From: Tubiluchus corallicola
Taxonomy: Eukaryota; Animalia; Priapulida
DNA: 64,000 nucleotides
Assembly: GCA_030141605.1 (NCBI GenBank)
Contig: JAQGDQ010000357.1
Coordinates: forward strand, 178,686-242,685
Direction: 5' to 3'
Below are positions 12,990 through 24,400 of the stretch, piece by piece (position 1 is the first letter of the stretch; every line of letters starts with the position of its first letter). A program made the position numbers and the translations under genes. A model generated the notes under the pieces. It was not told the origin of the DNA and made no database searches. It saw only the letters and a program-made list of their open reading frames with translations.

Positions 12990-15175
12990 GATTAGATTCG
13001 CATTTTAACAATTAAATGTTGTCTTGTAAATTAACAACAGAGTAAAAGTGTTTCACCTCACATTTCAACTGCAGCGACTTGGCTGCCATTTCAGCGTAGT
13101 AGACTGTACACAACATTATGACCAATAGGATAACAATAAACAATATTGTGACCAATAGGATTACAATACAAAACATTATGACCAATAGGATGACAGTACA
13201 CACAGTTTCTACTAGAAAGCACATTTTTATGTTATACAATTAACTAGTAAAATGCTTTGAGCTGCAGTACTATTGTTTAGAAGAACTGTGCGATAGAAGT
13301 GTTGTATCACAGTTACACTGCAAAATTAAGTCATAAATTTTAGCCAATCACAAATGTTTCCTAATGTGGTCAAACTGTGTATTACATATTTACTCTAAGG
13401 CAAAGCCAATAAAACTTGGCATCAGTAGTGCTATTAGGTATTCTCACTCGATCTTGAAATTGACTAATGAAAGTTGATAGGGTCTTATATTAGGTAGGGT
13501 TTTTTCAGTCAGAACATTATATTTCAAGGCTGCTGAATCAGCCAAATTACAATTAGTCGTGGGTGGTACTGGCAGAAGAAAGAGCCATTATGGGATCTTT
13601 GACTTTGAAATGCTTGAATTTCACTTCAAGGTCTATAGAGTTATAATATGATATACATGTCCAGAAAGTTTTGGTCATGCTACTAAACACTTAAAGGGTT
13701 GTTATGGGAAATTATCTTACAAACCTAAGCACTTTCAAATAAGGTTACCCATGCCCTAATTCAGATTAATTAACATCAGCTCAGAAAATTTTGCTTTTAC
13801 TGGTTTTTGAAAGTGAACTCTTATATATTCGAGAACCGGATCAACATTTTACCAGTGCAGTTTACGAATGCTGTGCAATACATTTCAATGGCAAGCTCCT
13901 TTTTGTGGTCAATATTGATAACATGATGCAGATGAATGACGAATCACTACATTTTTTTCTTTTCTGTACAGGTGTTTAACAGGAGCAGGTGTTTTTGCAT
14001 TCCAATGCAATCGAGCAGAGGAATTATTCAACATTCTTCAAGAGTGCATCCAAAATGCAGGTCCTGCTCAACAGGAAACCATGGAAACCAATCTGGCTTC
14101 TCGTAGCACCCCAAATAGCAGACCAGCTTCAATATCTGAGAATCCATCTACTGCTGTGCCTGCACTGCCTCAATACCAGCCAAATGGTGGACTGACGACC
14201 GGTACTGTCGTACAGACTGTGAGTAACATGCCAGTTCCGAGTCCGCAACAAGTTGTGCGTGGCATTCACATTGCACCGCAGAACAGAGACGATGCTGTGT
14301 TGCCACCGCTGCCTCAGGATATTGACGTGGGACATGCGGTGGCTTTGGCAAATTATGTTAATGAAGAGGTATTTTCCTCGAACAGTCCGAATAGTCCCAC
14401 GAGTCCGACTCAAATTCATAATTACGTTAACACACCTGCTGGACCGCAAAGTGACACAGAAAGGCTTCGAAATAGCAGTGATGCTTTGAGTGATGTTGCA
14501 CGTCCCGACAGCGTCGTCAGCGTGAGTAGCCACACCAGCAGTTTTGCACAGCAAAGAGAGAAGAAAAGCTCACTTAGTAGTTATACACAGCAACAAATGG
14601 TTATGAACAACAGCAGATCCTCATCAACTGTGGTACAGTCTGCTCAGACCTCTCAAGAATCTGTCATACAGCGTGCTAGGGAACAGTTTGAAATGTTGGA
14701 TAGGGCTGCTGTTGACGACGTGTTCCTTTTTGAGCAGCGCGAGGATGCGCAGCACATGTACATGAACGTGACGCCTGATGTGTTTCCAAACGGTTTCCAC
14801 CAATCCGACACTGAACGTTGTTATGCCAATGTGCCGTTGGGTAATAAAAATGGTGTCGGCTTAGCAGACTTATCGCCAACATTGCCTTTGTTAGGTGTAC
14901 CACCTCAGGACCACCAAGTTAACTACATTGTACTAGATTTAAGTAAGAATGGCCAAGGATCATCAGAACAACCAACTTGCTCCACAGCCCCAGTTTTGGG
15001 GTCTTTTTCTGAACCTAATTCACCTAACGCGAGAGGTTCTGCTGGAGAAGGGTATACCGTGATTGATTTTGATAGGACAGTCGCATTGTCGAAATCTGCT
15101 AATCCCCGTCTCCACGACGACGATGGCTCGTCAAGAAAAACACGCCATAACAGTACAATTACAAGTCCATTTTAA
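12510..15175 (+). CDS. FRS2: Fibroblast growth factor receptor substrate 2/3-like adaptor; coding exons 12510-12739 and 13972-15175 (477 aa)
   Basis: N-terminal myristoylation motif MGCVNS; IRS-type PTB domain (WPMKCLRRYG..FSFESGRR|CLTGAGVFAFQCNRAEELFNILQECI) joined across a phase-2 GT-AG intron; YVN/YVN/YMN/YAN sites; NYIVLDL and YTVIDF sites; C-terminal DDGSSRKTRHNS recognised as the FRS2/3 tail. Confidence 0.93.
12949..12989. repeat. (ATT)n microsatellite
   Basis: Direct reading. Confidence 0.9.
13111..13200. repeat. Three 30-bp tandem units (core 'tgaccaataggat')
   Basis: caacattatgaccaataggataacaataaa / caatattgtgaccaataggattacaataca / aaacattatgaccaataggatgacagtaca. Confidence 0.85.
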
Positions 15176-17783
15176 AAATGGCATAGTGTGTGTTTATACA
15201 AGTTGTATATACTTGAATGGAAAACGAATATAATAAATGTTGTTTGTAGAAATGTAAGTGACTTGTTATCAATGGCACATTTAGTAGTTCAGAATTGCTG
15301 AGCTTGGATGATAATTACTTAATGACAGTATCTAACCTTCACACTTCTTAATGTGGTTTCAAATCTGTGTGACATGTACAGATGAACCACTTTCAGATGG
15401 AGAACTATAACAAAGGCATTATGTTAACGTAGAATGTGTTGTCTGGTAGCACACTATTACTTTAAGATGGTATTTAAAATTTCCATACTAGATAAGACCA
15501 CTTGGTGTTTTTCATTTGCACCTAAGCTATGGTTTTTTACTATGAATGGTAATGTAGCAATGAATGGGCACTTAATTTCGGTTTCAAAACAGTTTATGAC
15601 TGCGGCTGTATTCTAGGTCCACTGCTTAATTTTTCTTTGAGAAATGTGCACTTGTGATGTTTTGGTATAAATGTTTTGAGTAGAAAAGGCAGATTGGTAT
15701 ATAATTTTCAGTTTCGTAATAATTAGTTAACTCATATTTCTATCTCGTATTTGTAAAGAGTAGATGCATAAGTGATATGCCACCATGTGTGTGTGTGTAT
15801 AGTTCACCAAGTGCAACAAGTTCATGTTAGAGAGACGAGTGGTGACTGATTTTGCCAGAAATAGATCTGCTGATCAGCGATCGTTTGACAATGACAACTC
15901 GACAGTCTAAATTTGACATACAGCATACTTTAAACTGAATCATGAACACATCGTATTGTTCATGTTCATTTTATCAGAAAAATTTCGTCATTTTAACAGA
16001 AAATGTTCAATTTCAATCTAGATATATACTGATACAGATATATACTTCTGTATTTCTTCAGCAACTCCTGTAGGTGATATTGATAGCACCAGTCACACAA
16101 ATACGATTTTTTATGTCCTTCTGCGGTTTGAAACGGAAACTGTCATCTTCAATTTTGTTTGCTTTTAAATTCAAATGTAAATTTATATTTGAGTAACTAC
16201 ATCAGAGTTGTATTACCTAATTTGTGAGGCAACTTTGGCACGTTATTTGAACAATAAGTTCTAAGCAAGTGGCATACCGAGTACGTGTAAAAGAAGCAAG
16301 TACTGAGATTCTGTTCCAGGTATTGTGTCCAGTTTATCTAGTCAAATGTAATGCCAAAATATGGAAATGTCTTTTGCAATTATGAAGTGTAAAAATATTT
16401 TATAGAATGTCAGATTATTTGAAAAAGTTAAATGAAAGAGAATCTTAAATGCTTTTTTGTTTAAGCAGTTAGACGACTTGCACAATTCTGGTCTCTTTTA
16501 ACTTCAGTACAATAATGAGTTTCTTTTTTAAGAATTAAAACAGTGTTTAATTTAATACAGTGCACTACTGATACCTGTATTGTCCATGCGCAATTTAGCC
16601 AAAGATTTTAATTGTGATTTTATTAAACATTATTTTTACGCCTTTTCAAGCAGGTAGTTTACATACCATTTAATCAATACATAGAGTATAGTTATTTTAT
16701 GAGAGTATAATAATTATTTTATGAAAACATTGCAGTTATATGTTGTAGCTGAATGTACATATATTGGGTAGATTTTATCATTATTTTGTTTTTTAAAGTA
16801 AAAGATCTCTTATTGTTTTTATGCTGGCAATGTAGTTATTAGGAAAAAGGTTTACTGACGTGTGTTCTCAACTGTTTTTATACTTTTATTTAAAAGCGAT
16901 GCTCTCATGAATAGATATTTGGGCAGTGTAATCAGTTGGCTCAACTGTTTTTGGGCATGTGTGTGCTTTTCAGAGTTATTAAAACTTAAAATTGTGGTGT
17001 CAAGTTGAAACGATTATAACTTTCACAACAAGATGTGTTTATTATTTCCGAATTGTTGGCAGTACCAAAGTTGTATAGTGATATGTAATCATGCCATTTT
17101 AATAGGATTTTATGGGATTTTAATAGGATTTGCATGAAAAATGTTTCATTACTTACTTATTTTTATTTGTGTTAACTTTGATGCTTCACATCAATGCAAG
17201 AAACCCATGTTGGCGACAACTTCTTCGAACCCCAGGTGAGAAGAAAGCAGTATTACTGCAGCAGACTTCTGCCCTTCATAAAGTATTTTTAAAACAGATT
17301 AATTTAGTGTTTGTTTCAGATGAATAATTATGTATATTGATCATTTGTGTTGATATACACAGCACAAAAAATAAGCTACAAGGTAAAACTAGCAGTTTTA
17401 ACTGATATTTATAGTTCACATAACCAAATTTGTCAATATTAATAAAGACTTGATGCTAAGAAAAATAAGGACAGATAGAGTGAGTCTAATCTTAATTAAT
17501 GAGTTTCTACAAACTCGTGAGCTGTACAAAATGTTCCTGCAAATTAATTATTCATCTGGCCTGTGAGAAATTTTGTTGTTTTTGCAAACGGTTTTTTATT
17601 ATTGTAGATCACACTCAGTTTTACTAGTCTTTTTGTTTTTTAAACTTTTGTTAGGAGCAGAACAATGTAGAATGTAAAATGTTATTGCTACAATTCTGTG
17701 TATAAATTTTGATTGGACATTGTGTGAATTGATGAAAATTTGTGTAGTGAAAATGCTTTGCAAAAAAGATGAGTAATACAATT

Positions 17784-17789
17784 AATAAA
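17784..17789 (+). terminator. Candidate distal polyadenylation signal of the FRS2-like gene
   Basis: AATAAA at the end of a long T/G-rich tract after the stop codon, ~700 bp before the TRIC ATG; other AATAAA (e.g. 17441) also exist. Confidence 0.35.
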
Positions 17790-18350
17790 ATCATTTTATT
17801 TAATATTATTGTCTTAGAGTCTTTGGTGAATGCGCTTAACAGTCATCATCAAAAATAACACATTTTTATGAGTATGAATGCTACATATTATGAATTTGTT
17901 TTTTTTTTCTTTTACATGGTTGAAAAAAGCAGTTTTACAATCTACGCACTTTTTGTAGGTTCATTCTTTTGTATAACTGTATTTGTGAGCAAAATTATGC
18001 AAAAGTATATTAATGAATGAAAAGTTAATTAAGTTCTGATGAAATTGGGCCATTCATAGAAACATACATGGCCATACCATTTTTAGCGACGTATTATTTC
18101 CGTGTGTGGGAATTTTGAAGAAATAAATTGTAGGTTCATAGACCATTGTTCTTAGGCAACTGTTTGTTTTTTGATTATAAAAAACATGAATTTTTCAACC
18201 TGTTTGTTCTCTGATCTGGTTTATAAATTTATAAAAATATTAGAAATTAACGATAATTATTATTCTAATCTTAAATTAGACCCAATTATCTTTATTTTCT
18301 TGTTAGGAGCAACTATTTAGAGCCTCTGCTAAAAATAAATGTTTAGGAGT

Positions 18351-18366
18351 CGACTAGATGGCGCAG
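18351..18366 (+). promoter_or_regulatory. CTCF-like motif between the FRS2-like and TRIC genes
   Basis: CGACTAGATGGCGCAG resembles the CCACTAGATGGCGC-type CTCF core; ~110 bp upstream of the TRIC ATG. Confidence 0.4.
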
Positions 18367-18475
18367 TCATCTGGCAAACGCTTTCGCCCTCTAGGAACGT
18401 TGCTGCTAACTATTTTGTTTCACGTTTGTGATCGTGTTGTTTGTTTAGTTGAGTTTTAATTTTTCAACCATCAAA

Positions 18476-21400
18476 ATGGACCAAGAAATGTTTTTGGAAA
18501 TAGCGAACGAGGTGGAAAAGTTGGAGATGTTTCCGTATTTTGAGATAGCACATTATGTTTTGATGTGCATGTATGTTAGAGAGGATGTACAAGCAGGTAA
18601 CTTACTGTATCAATTAGAATGCTTCCCTTGCTTATTACACGTTCATTGTCGTCGCTTCTGGGTTGGTCTGGTGAAAGTTTGAATATCATGAAGAAACACA
18701 CACTTAAAGTAAATTTTGTCCGCATTCTCCACCAACTGGAAAACCTGGTCTGTGCATGCAAAATTTCTAGGTTCACATTTGCGAGTTACGAAGTATGAGA
18801 CACCGAAACTCAGATTTGGCATTTTTGCACATCTTGGCAAAACCGAAGTCGATGTAGCGCGCGAATAGGAGTATTATTCTGAGCTGGAAAAGAGAAGAAT
18901 GAAGGATAAAGTGTGATTCAAAAAATAATTACGTAGCTATTACCTGCTAAAATGCCTTGCAAGACGATGTGATTAGTGCCCCAAATGTTATTGTTAGTAT
19001 TTTCGAAAGCAAATTAATAAATTATAACATTGTTGAATCCAAACATTCATTTATCGAACTAACTGCAAATATACATAAAATTATGTGTTGTTTGCCTCAG
19101 TTTTTGTTTAGAAACTACTAGTTTAGGAAATCAAGCTGGTTACTAGTGCCGACTATGATCATTTAATTTTAGCATATTAAAAGAGGCTGACTTAATGACC
19201 TTTTGATCGGCTCGCTATCCTCTGTCCGTTTTACATTACTAGCAATTAGGCTGTATTTACCTATATATACTATTCAACTACTGCATCCTTACAGACTGGA
19301 AGTGTTTACTGTACATTTGTAAATTGAAGAAAAAATAAATTTCAATTCAATTCAGCGCTCAGCGCCATGTGGCCAGAGGAGTTATTAAGTTTGAGAGGTA
19401 AATTAAGAAAAATATTGATTACAAAGCAAGAACTGTGTTTTATAAAATGTGTAAATGCTTGTGAAACCTGAATATAAAATACAAAAGACCATTGAATGAA
19501 AATGATTATAATTACTACATTGTATTGACTAGAACATACTTAACTACAATGACATTATCTTCTTCTTCATGACATTAGTGACAATTCATATCTAACCAGA
19601 AATAACATTTGTTAGGATATTAGGGGTTATTTTGCAGTTAGACTCCCAGGGATTAATACATGAATTATGGCAGAATTTAAATTATTTTAAGAAGTTGGAT
19701 TGTTTGCACTCAACGACGATGCCTGCATTATGTGTATCCAGAAATAAGCTAAACTGCAAGTGGTTTGGCAATTATTCACAACGTTCCTGAGCTGTGTTAA
19801 TATTAAAAAAATATATTTTTATACTTTTTATTTCAAATCTGTTCGAAAAATTCATCTGTTTTTAACCACATAATTTTCAGAACCAATTAGACAAATAGCT
19901 GAATAATGAAAATGCTAAAATGACTGCGTGCCAGTGAGGTTTTTGTCTTGGAAGTTTTAATTGCAACGTCTCTCTTGCAAGTCCTTACTGGCTCATAGTT
20001 TGTGTGGTCCTAACCAATCCGTCGATAGATTCTAGTCATTGTTTAACATAAATAATTACATTTGTTAACTCTGGCTTTTTGCTATTATAATCTATTCTTG
20101 AGTTGACGTGAGCTAATTTAATTGATCAAATAAAATAACTTTGAGAATTTCTTCATCAGAGTAGAGTTGCACTGACAGAGGAATTTGAAAAATTAACACA
20201 CAACCAATTGGAAAAAGTAATCAACCAGTTACTGCTGATTAATTCGTTGATTATTTAAAAAAATTTGGTAGACCATTCTGTTGAACCCTACTCTTTGCTT
20301 TAATTTTGTGCAATATGTAAATAAATTGTTAATTCAGTATTGAAACTTGATTTTGAATAGCCGACAGAAACACTGTGTCATTTCTATGTTTTTTCTTTAC
20401 TCCACTTTCGTCATCTGCTTTTATTACAAAAACACGAAAACTACTGGTTTTGTTTGTTGCCATTCTTGATAATGCCTTGTAGCTTAAAAAATTAATGGTG
20501 AAATATAGTAAAACAAAGCACAATGTTACAAGCTTGTGTTTTGGGACACCTTTGTTTTCAGTAGGCACTGTGTGTGTAAATAGAAAGATTTCTAGATTTC
20601 TACTGCCGCCATTGTGCGTAACTCGCCAATAAGTATTACATGAATTTACTATCGTAATTCAAGCTGCAAAAAGGTTCAAAGATATTCATTTGTTTAATTA
20701 TCAGGCTTCTTGGCAGAGTATTTTTGATATTTTTAGACTAGTAGACAGTATTTGCAAAAATTGGTCAATAAACTGATTACTAGAGACATAATCGGTAGAT
20801 TACGGATTACTAGAAAATTGTCTGTTATTTGTAAAAACTTATTAAATCAGTGCACCTTTACATTTGAAAGTACCCTCATTGTGTAATTGTGGGCCTACTT
20901 TTTAATATATTTAAGGTACTGAAACTAGAGTACTTACATGTGTATAAATTATACCACGCATGTAGTTTAATTTATGATTATATACTATTCTTGATCTTGA
21001 ATGTCATTGCTCTTGCTACTGCCACACAAGCTGGGTACATCATGTTTATGTTTTATATTCTGTATTTTATTGAGATGTTTTATTTTGTAACACTTCCTGA
21101 TTGAATTAATGCAGTGAATTTAGTGTAAATTTAAAACTTTTTAATATTTCATTGTTAGACAAATACAAAAAAAGCTGTCATACACAGTTACTTCTCAATT
21201 TTATATCCTGCATTTATAAGCTCAAGCACTTGAAAATTGATTGTGAGTTACATCAGAATTTTTTTATAATTTATTTAATTTCGTATTAAGGAACTTTTAG
21301 CCTAATTGTAATGAACATCTCATCTCTTAGTTTATTGAATTGATAATCCCTCATCCTAAAACAACCAAACACATTTGGTGCTAGCTGCTGCACAGTCCTC

Positions 21401-24400
21401 CCGGGCCAGGAATCAAATAGCTCTATACTGTTCTGTGTTAGAGAGGGAAGCCTCTTCAGCCATGGCTATTTTGAGAATTATGGTTTCCCCGTTGGCATTG
21501 CTCTACTGTACATGTTGTCTTAAGTCATTTATTAGCTTCGCCTGTTGCCAAATCATATCGATTTAGAAAGTGGTTTTTCTAGGTTGTAACTGATAATATT
21601 GATTGAACCAAACAAATACTTACACTTTTATTTTAGGTTGGGTCTACATTTATAGTTGTTCTGTGAAATGTGATAATTTTCTGTTTTTTGTAAGTTATGT
21701 TTCAATTACATCTAAATAGGTTGAGTAACCACAAATTTCGAGACACAACAATCTGTTGTTCTCATTTTATGTGCATATTCCTTGTTATGTTACAAAGTTT
21801 TTTAAACTTGAAGAATCATATTGCCTGGGAGTCACTGGATTCAAGGGCTTGTTATATTTTGTAGTCTGTAATATGAATATTTTTTAATTTATTAGTTTTC
21901 AGTATGAAAGAATAGCTGTAACTCTAAAATTAATTATATCAAATTATATAAACTAAATGTACACATCTGTCAATCTTATTTAGTTTAGTCATATAGAACC
22001 TGGCCAAGCTTTAGTCCAATAATTTAAACCAATAATGTTTAAGGATCCCTATATTTATATATATATATATATGTATGTATACATGTATGTAGGGATACGT
22101 ATATATCCCTTAAACCATCTAGCTGGTGAGAACCCTATCCTTTATTGCTGTTTTATTTGATTGACTTGCAGATTCTATAGTAGCAGCGTAGATATAAATG
22201 TACACGTAGAATACAACGTATTAGTTTTCAAGAACTAAGCAGGTATTGTCTGCCTAATGCATACGGGGTTAATGTTTCTGTACTGAAGTTTATAAATGAC
22301 TTACACACACTCGGTGTAAATCATAAGAACATGATGCTGTTGAAACTGGTGCCTCTTGGCATATTAGGATCAAATTAAATAAACACTTTTCTGTAATATT
22401 TCAACAGTGTTAATGATCGTTTTTTTTCTTGTCTCCAGGCACTGCAGTATTTTCCAGGAAACATCCGTTCGCATGCTGGCTTTCTAGCATGATGATGGTA
22501 TTTGCCGGCGGGATTATGACGAATTTTTTGCTGGGTGAATCTGTGCTCACACCGTTAGCCGATCACGAACGACTTGGGCTAGCAACGATATGCTGGTGAG
22601 GCTGGTTCAATGCTTATTGTTTCTCAAGTTTATATTTATAGAAGTTTAAGAAATCTAGAGATCAAAAATTGGATGCCCGAATATTAAAATTATGGTTTTG
22701 TCTGTTGGAATTTGCCATCAAATTTTCTTATTTATACAAAGGAGATAAATACATATACATTATACATGGTACACAATTATTTTTATAAAGCAAGCTTGCA
22801 AGTATTTTATTTTGCAATTGTGGAGTTGAAACTTTTAAAATTTTATAAAAGTGACTGCCAACCTGAAATATATATAGCTCACATTAGCTATAGCTTTTTG
22901 CAAAAGCCTGAATTTTGCAGTTTTTTAAATCATTGCAGAATGAAAAGTAGCTGTACATTTTAAAACTTTTGACAACTATAAATGTAGTGAGTATTGACAT
23001 TGGACAGTTTCTGTAAGTTATCATGATTCACTTGTATGATGGACTCACAGCTAAATGTTTTTATTACAAGATGAAGACTTGTTTCCCTTGGCCATCGTCA
23101 CTACCTAGAAATCATATAATTTTTCTTCACCTTTTTGAATGATATTCCAGCTAATCAAGACGCATTTATTGCTCATATAATCCCTGTCTGAAAAAACAGA
23201 TTTTATTCCTTTTTGACGATAAGACTCTGTACATCGCAGATGGTAATTACTTGTTTCATTTGTCGTTTTGCCTGCAGCTAGACTAAGGAATGTGAAATTT
23301 GTCGTATAAGGCAGAATTTAAGGAATGGTAAAGTAAAAAAGCTGTAAGCTGTTTTACCAAACTAATGACCAACATGTACATGCTGCAGGTACTGGAATAT
23401 GTGGTGATTAGAGCCACTGTCTAGTTATGGCTGTAGCGGTACTATATTAAATATTAGCCATGGAACTTTCATTTGCAAGATAACTATGTTCGAGAAACGA
23501 TTACTCGTGTGTTTGACTCGTAGTGAAACAAGAATGGGGTTGTTAGAATATATTGGTTTCCGTTAGTCCTGAATTCGTACTGCAGAAAGGATATTCTGAT
23601 AAGGATAAGGACAGCAGTAAGCCGTTAGTCACTTATGTTGAGTATCAACTTTAGTGGTTTGAAATTTTGCATCATGGGTTCATGGCTGAGTGTTTTATGT
23701 GAGTGGCTGTCGTGGGTTCAATACTTGATTTAGGCAATATCATACATAAACTTTTTATGTCCTCTGCTGGTTCAGTGGCTTATACTTAGACTGATTGTCT
23801 TGATAAAGAGCTAGGCTGCAATTACAATTTGTAGGTAGTTAGCTATGTTATGTAGTCAAACTTGTTTTATCTCATATTTTTGCATTTTTTACAAAGTGCA
23901 AAAGGTTATCCTGTCTTGCCTTTCTCAATGTCAGTTTTTATGGAAAGTCCGGCTGGTATGGAGGTGAAGCATATTCCGTATCCGCAGTCTGGGATACTTC
24001 ACCATGATAGTTTGGTCTGAAGCTTTCAAGTAAAGGCAACAAGCATCTAGAGTTACCCAGAATGTATTCTCAGTTTCAAGTGCGATGAGCACAAGCAGTG
24101 GGTTCCTATTCTCATAGCTCTGACTTGGTTTTAATAGCTTACAGACTTTTGTAGTGAGACCTGGGAAGGGGGCTATGATCAAGGTAAATAAACAGTAAAG
24201 CAATGTTCTTGTTGAATTTCACATAGCAGAAAAGGTTTTCAGAGATGCATTGTTGTGGTCAGTTTATTTGGAGTGAACATGTTCGTTGAGTGTAAACGAT
24301 TGTTTCGGCTATCATAGTCATTTTCAATACTATAAATTAAGCCAAAAAAGGAATAATTAGTACATTAATGATACTAAAATACAAAGGCATAAAGTGTCAA

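Noticed and set aside
14129-14903. Minus-strand and alternative-frame ORFs overlapping FRS2 exon 2
   Set aside because: Shadows of a long coding exon; no recognisable motifs.
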